Shown: positions 62,700 through 64,000 of the stretch, one piece after another
Layout of the letters: each line of letters starts with the position of its first letter
Position numbering within the stretch: the stretch's first letter is position 1
Source of the DNA: Candidatus Daviesbacteria bacterium
Lineage (GTDB): Bacteria; Patescibacteriota; Microgenomatia; Daviesbacterales; UBA10151
Assembly (NCBI GenBank): GCA_030648435.1
Contig: JAUSHE010000014.1
Coordinates: 4,466 to 68,465, forward strand
Length of the DNA: 64,000 nt
Reading direction: 5' to 3'
Translations under genes and position numbers: made by a program
The notes under the pieces: model-generated
Told to the model about the DNA's origin: nothing
Databases searched by the model: none
The model's input: only the letters and a program-made list of their open reading frames with translations

Positions 62700-63487
62700 G
62701 TAATTATCTTCAGAAATTTTCTTTAAAGGGGAAAGTAGCTTTTATAACGGGTGGTGTTGGTCTGATAGGAATAGAAGTGACGCGCGCCCTGGCAGATGCC
62801 GGAGCTAAGGTAATTATTTTAGACATAGATCAAGATAAAGCCAAAAAAATTCAGCAGAGCCTTAAAAATAAAGGTAAAGATGTCAAATATGAATACTTTG
62901 ATGTAACAGATTTAGTTAACATTGATCAATCAATAGATAAATTACAAAAAGAGTATGAAAATATTGACATATGGGTAAATACAGCGTATCCCAGAACAAA
63001 AGATTGGGGTAATAAGGTTGAAGAGCTAAGTTTAGAATCATGGCAGAAAAATGTGGACATGCATCTTAATAGCTATGCCTGGATTAGCCGTAAAGTTTGC
63101 TTATTAATGAAGGAGCAGGGGGGTGGGAGTTTAATTAATTTTGGTTCAACCTACGGAGTAGTAGGGAATAATTTTTCTGTTTACGAAGGCACTGACATGA
63201 GCAGTGCAATGGCTTATTCTGCCATCAAAGGAGGCATAATCAATCTGGGAAGGTATATGGCTTCTTACTTTGGAAAATTTAATATAAGGGTCAACACAGT
63301 TTGCCCCGGAGGTATTTTTGATAATCAAAATAAAATATTTGTTAAAAATTATGAGAGAAATACGCCGCTTAACAGGATGGGTAAACCGGAAGAAATAGCA
63401 AGCGCTGTTTTATTTTTATCATCAGATGCCGCATCGTATGTTACCGGAACTACTTTTATGGTTGATGGAGGTTGGACAGCAATTTAA
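62696..63487 (+). CDS. Classical short-chain dehydrogenase/reductase (PtmA-like).
   Basis: KVAFITGGVGLIGIEV (TGxxxGxG) and YSAIKGG (YxxxK). 263 aa. Confidence 0.7.
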   Translation: MSNYLQKFSLKGKVAFITGGVGLIGIEVTRALADAGAKVIILDIDQDKAKKIQQSLKNKGKDVKYEYFDVTDLVNIDQSIDKLQKEYENIDIWVNTAYPRTKDWGNKVEELSLESWQKNVDMHLNSYAWISRKVCLLMKEQGGGSLINFGSTYGVVGNNFSVYEGTDMSSAMAYSAIKGGIINLGRYMASYFGKFNIRVNTVCPGGIFDNQNKIFVKNYERNTPLNRMGKPEEIASAVLFLSSDAASYVTGTTFMVDGGWTAI

Positions 63488-64000
63488 GATTTTCCTTCTA
63501 AAATTTGCTGATAAAACCTGAGGTTTTTTACTTGTTCTTTTATAGTACATAAATCGTGTCTGTTACCCAGAAATGACTGAACTTCTTTATAGATGCCGGC
63601 TTTAAATCCTGTGTCCAGCTGATCTTCTAAAGATATATCCTTAATTGCAAAGGTTCCCAGCTCTTGAACTTGTAGCTTTTCCATAGGTTTAAATATTAAT
63701 TTATTTTTCTTTGTCATTACTTCAACTGTCCATCTGCCGGGGGCTTTCCAGTTAGCATGATAGGAAAATAGAATTCCTTTTTCAGTAATACCACCACCGC
63801 TAAAAATTGCAGCTTTAGAATGCCAAGGAAGGGAGCCAGAGGCATACGACGACATTTTTTTAGGCAAACCTGCAAGGAAAAACATTAGATCAATCACATG
63901 CGTAGAATTCTGTAGAAACCAATTTTCTTTTACTCCAGGGGCCTTAGTCAAAGGCTCAATACGGAAGCTTGCTTCTGTGAAATCAAAAACGATAGATAAG
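63484..64000 (-). CDS. C-terminal part of an oxidoreductase-like CDS whose N-terminus lies beyond the window end.
   Basis: The reverse-strand frame stays open through nt 64000. The track ORF starts at a TTG, which I read as an internal codon. Domain identity is uncertain (possibly a Gfo/Idh/MocA C-terminal domain). Confidence 0.4.
   Translation of the reverse strand, partial: LSIVFDFTEASFRIEPLTKAPGVKENWFLQNSTHVIDLMFFLAGLPKKMSSYASGSLPWHSKAAIFSGGGITEKGILFSYHANWKAPGRWTVEVMTKKNKLIFKPMEKLQVQELGTFAIKDISLEDQLDTGFKAGIYKEVQSFLGNRHDLCTIKEQVKNLRFYQQILEGKS

Overview
The window is low-GC (roughly 30-35% by eye), uses the standard code with TGA as a stop, and most adjacent genes touch or overlap (many ATGA start/stop overlaps). 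The genes look bacterial, and the window is compatible with an uncultivated Patescibacteria/CPR-like organism, but I cannot verify that. Essentially the whole window is given over to glycan biosynthesis. I call about 58 CDSs and find no rRNA, tRNA, CRISPR array, transposase or integrase.

Three blocks:
(1) 476-45635 is a ~45 kb array on the + strand with one gene on the - strand (5840..6970). It contains rmlABCD, gmd and fcl, five Dpm1/ArnC-like polyprenyl-phosphate-sugar synthases (one fused to a GtrA domain, one fused to a GT-C membrane domain, one followed by a DUF2304-like protein) and a Wzx-like flippase. It also has four other GT2 enzymes, two GT4 enzymes and about 19 polytopic membrane proteins that look like GT-C fold glycosyltransferases. 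The membrane proteins fall into several families: PMT_2/ArnT-like with DE motifs, PIG-V-like, a possible GT87-like, a four-member unassigned family with a DD...CRWVPD...YGYP signature, and two giant paralogs.
(2) 45632-60066 is a - strand block for a modified deoxyhexose. It holds glucose-1-P cytidylyltransferase, two zinc-ribbon C-methyltransferase-like genes, an FdtA-like ketoisomerase, second rmlC and rmlD copies, a UXS-like decarboxylase, a Gfo/Idh/MocA oxidoreductase and a SAM methyltransferase. It also includes a DUF5672-like gene and a GT2-like gene.
(3) 61043-64000 is a partial nonulosonic-acid (Ptm/Neu-like) module whose cytidylyltransferase carries an 8-G homopolymer.

A GC-rich TPR-like gene (60112..61011) sits between blocks 2 and 3.

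The most interesting inference is an unusually large extracytoplasmic glycan-assembly system. It appears to be built from lipid-linked monosaccharide donors by many GT-C enzymes, and I see no WecA/WbaP-type initiator, Wzy polymerase or ligase in the window.
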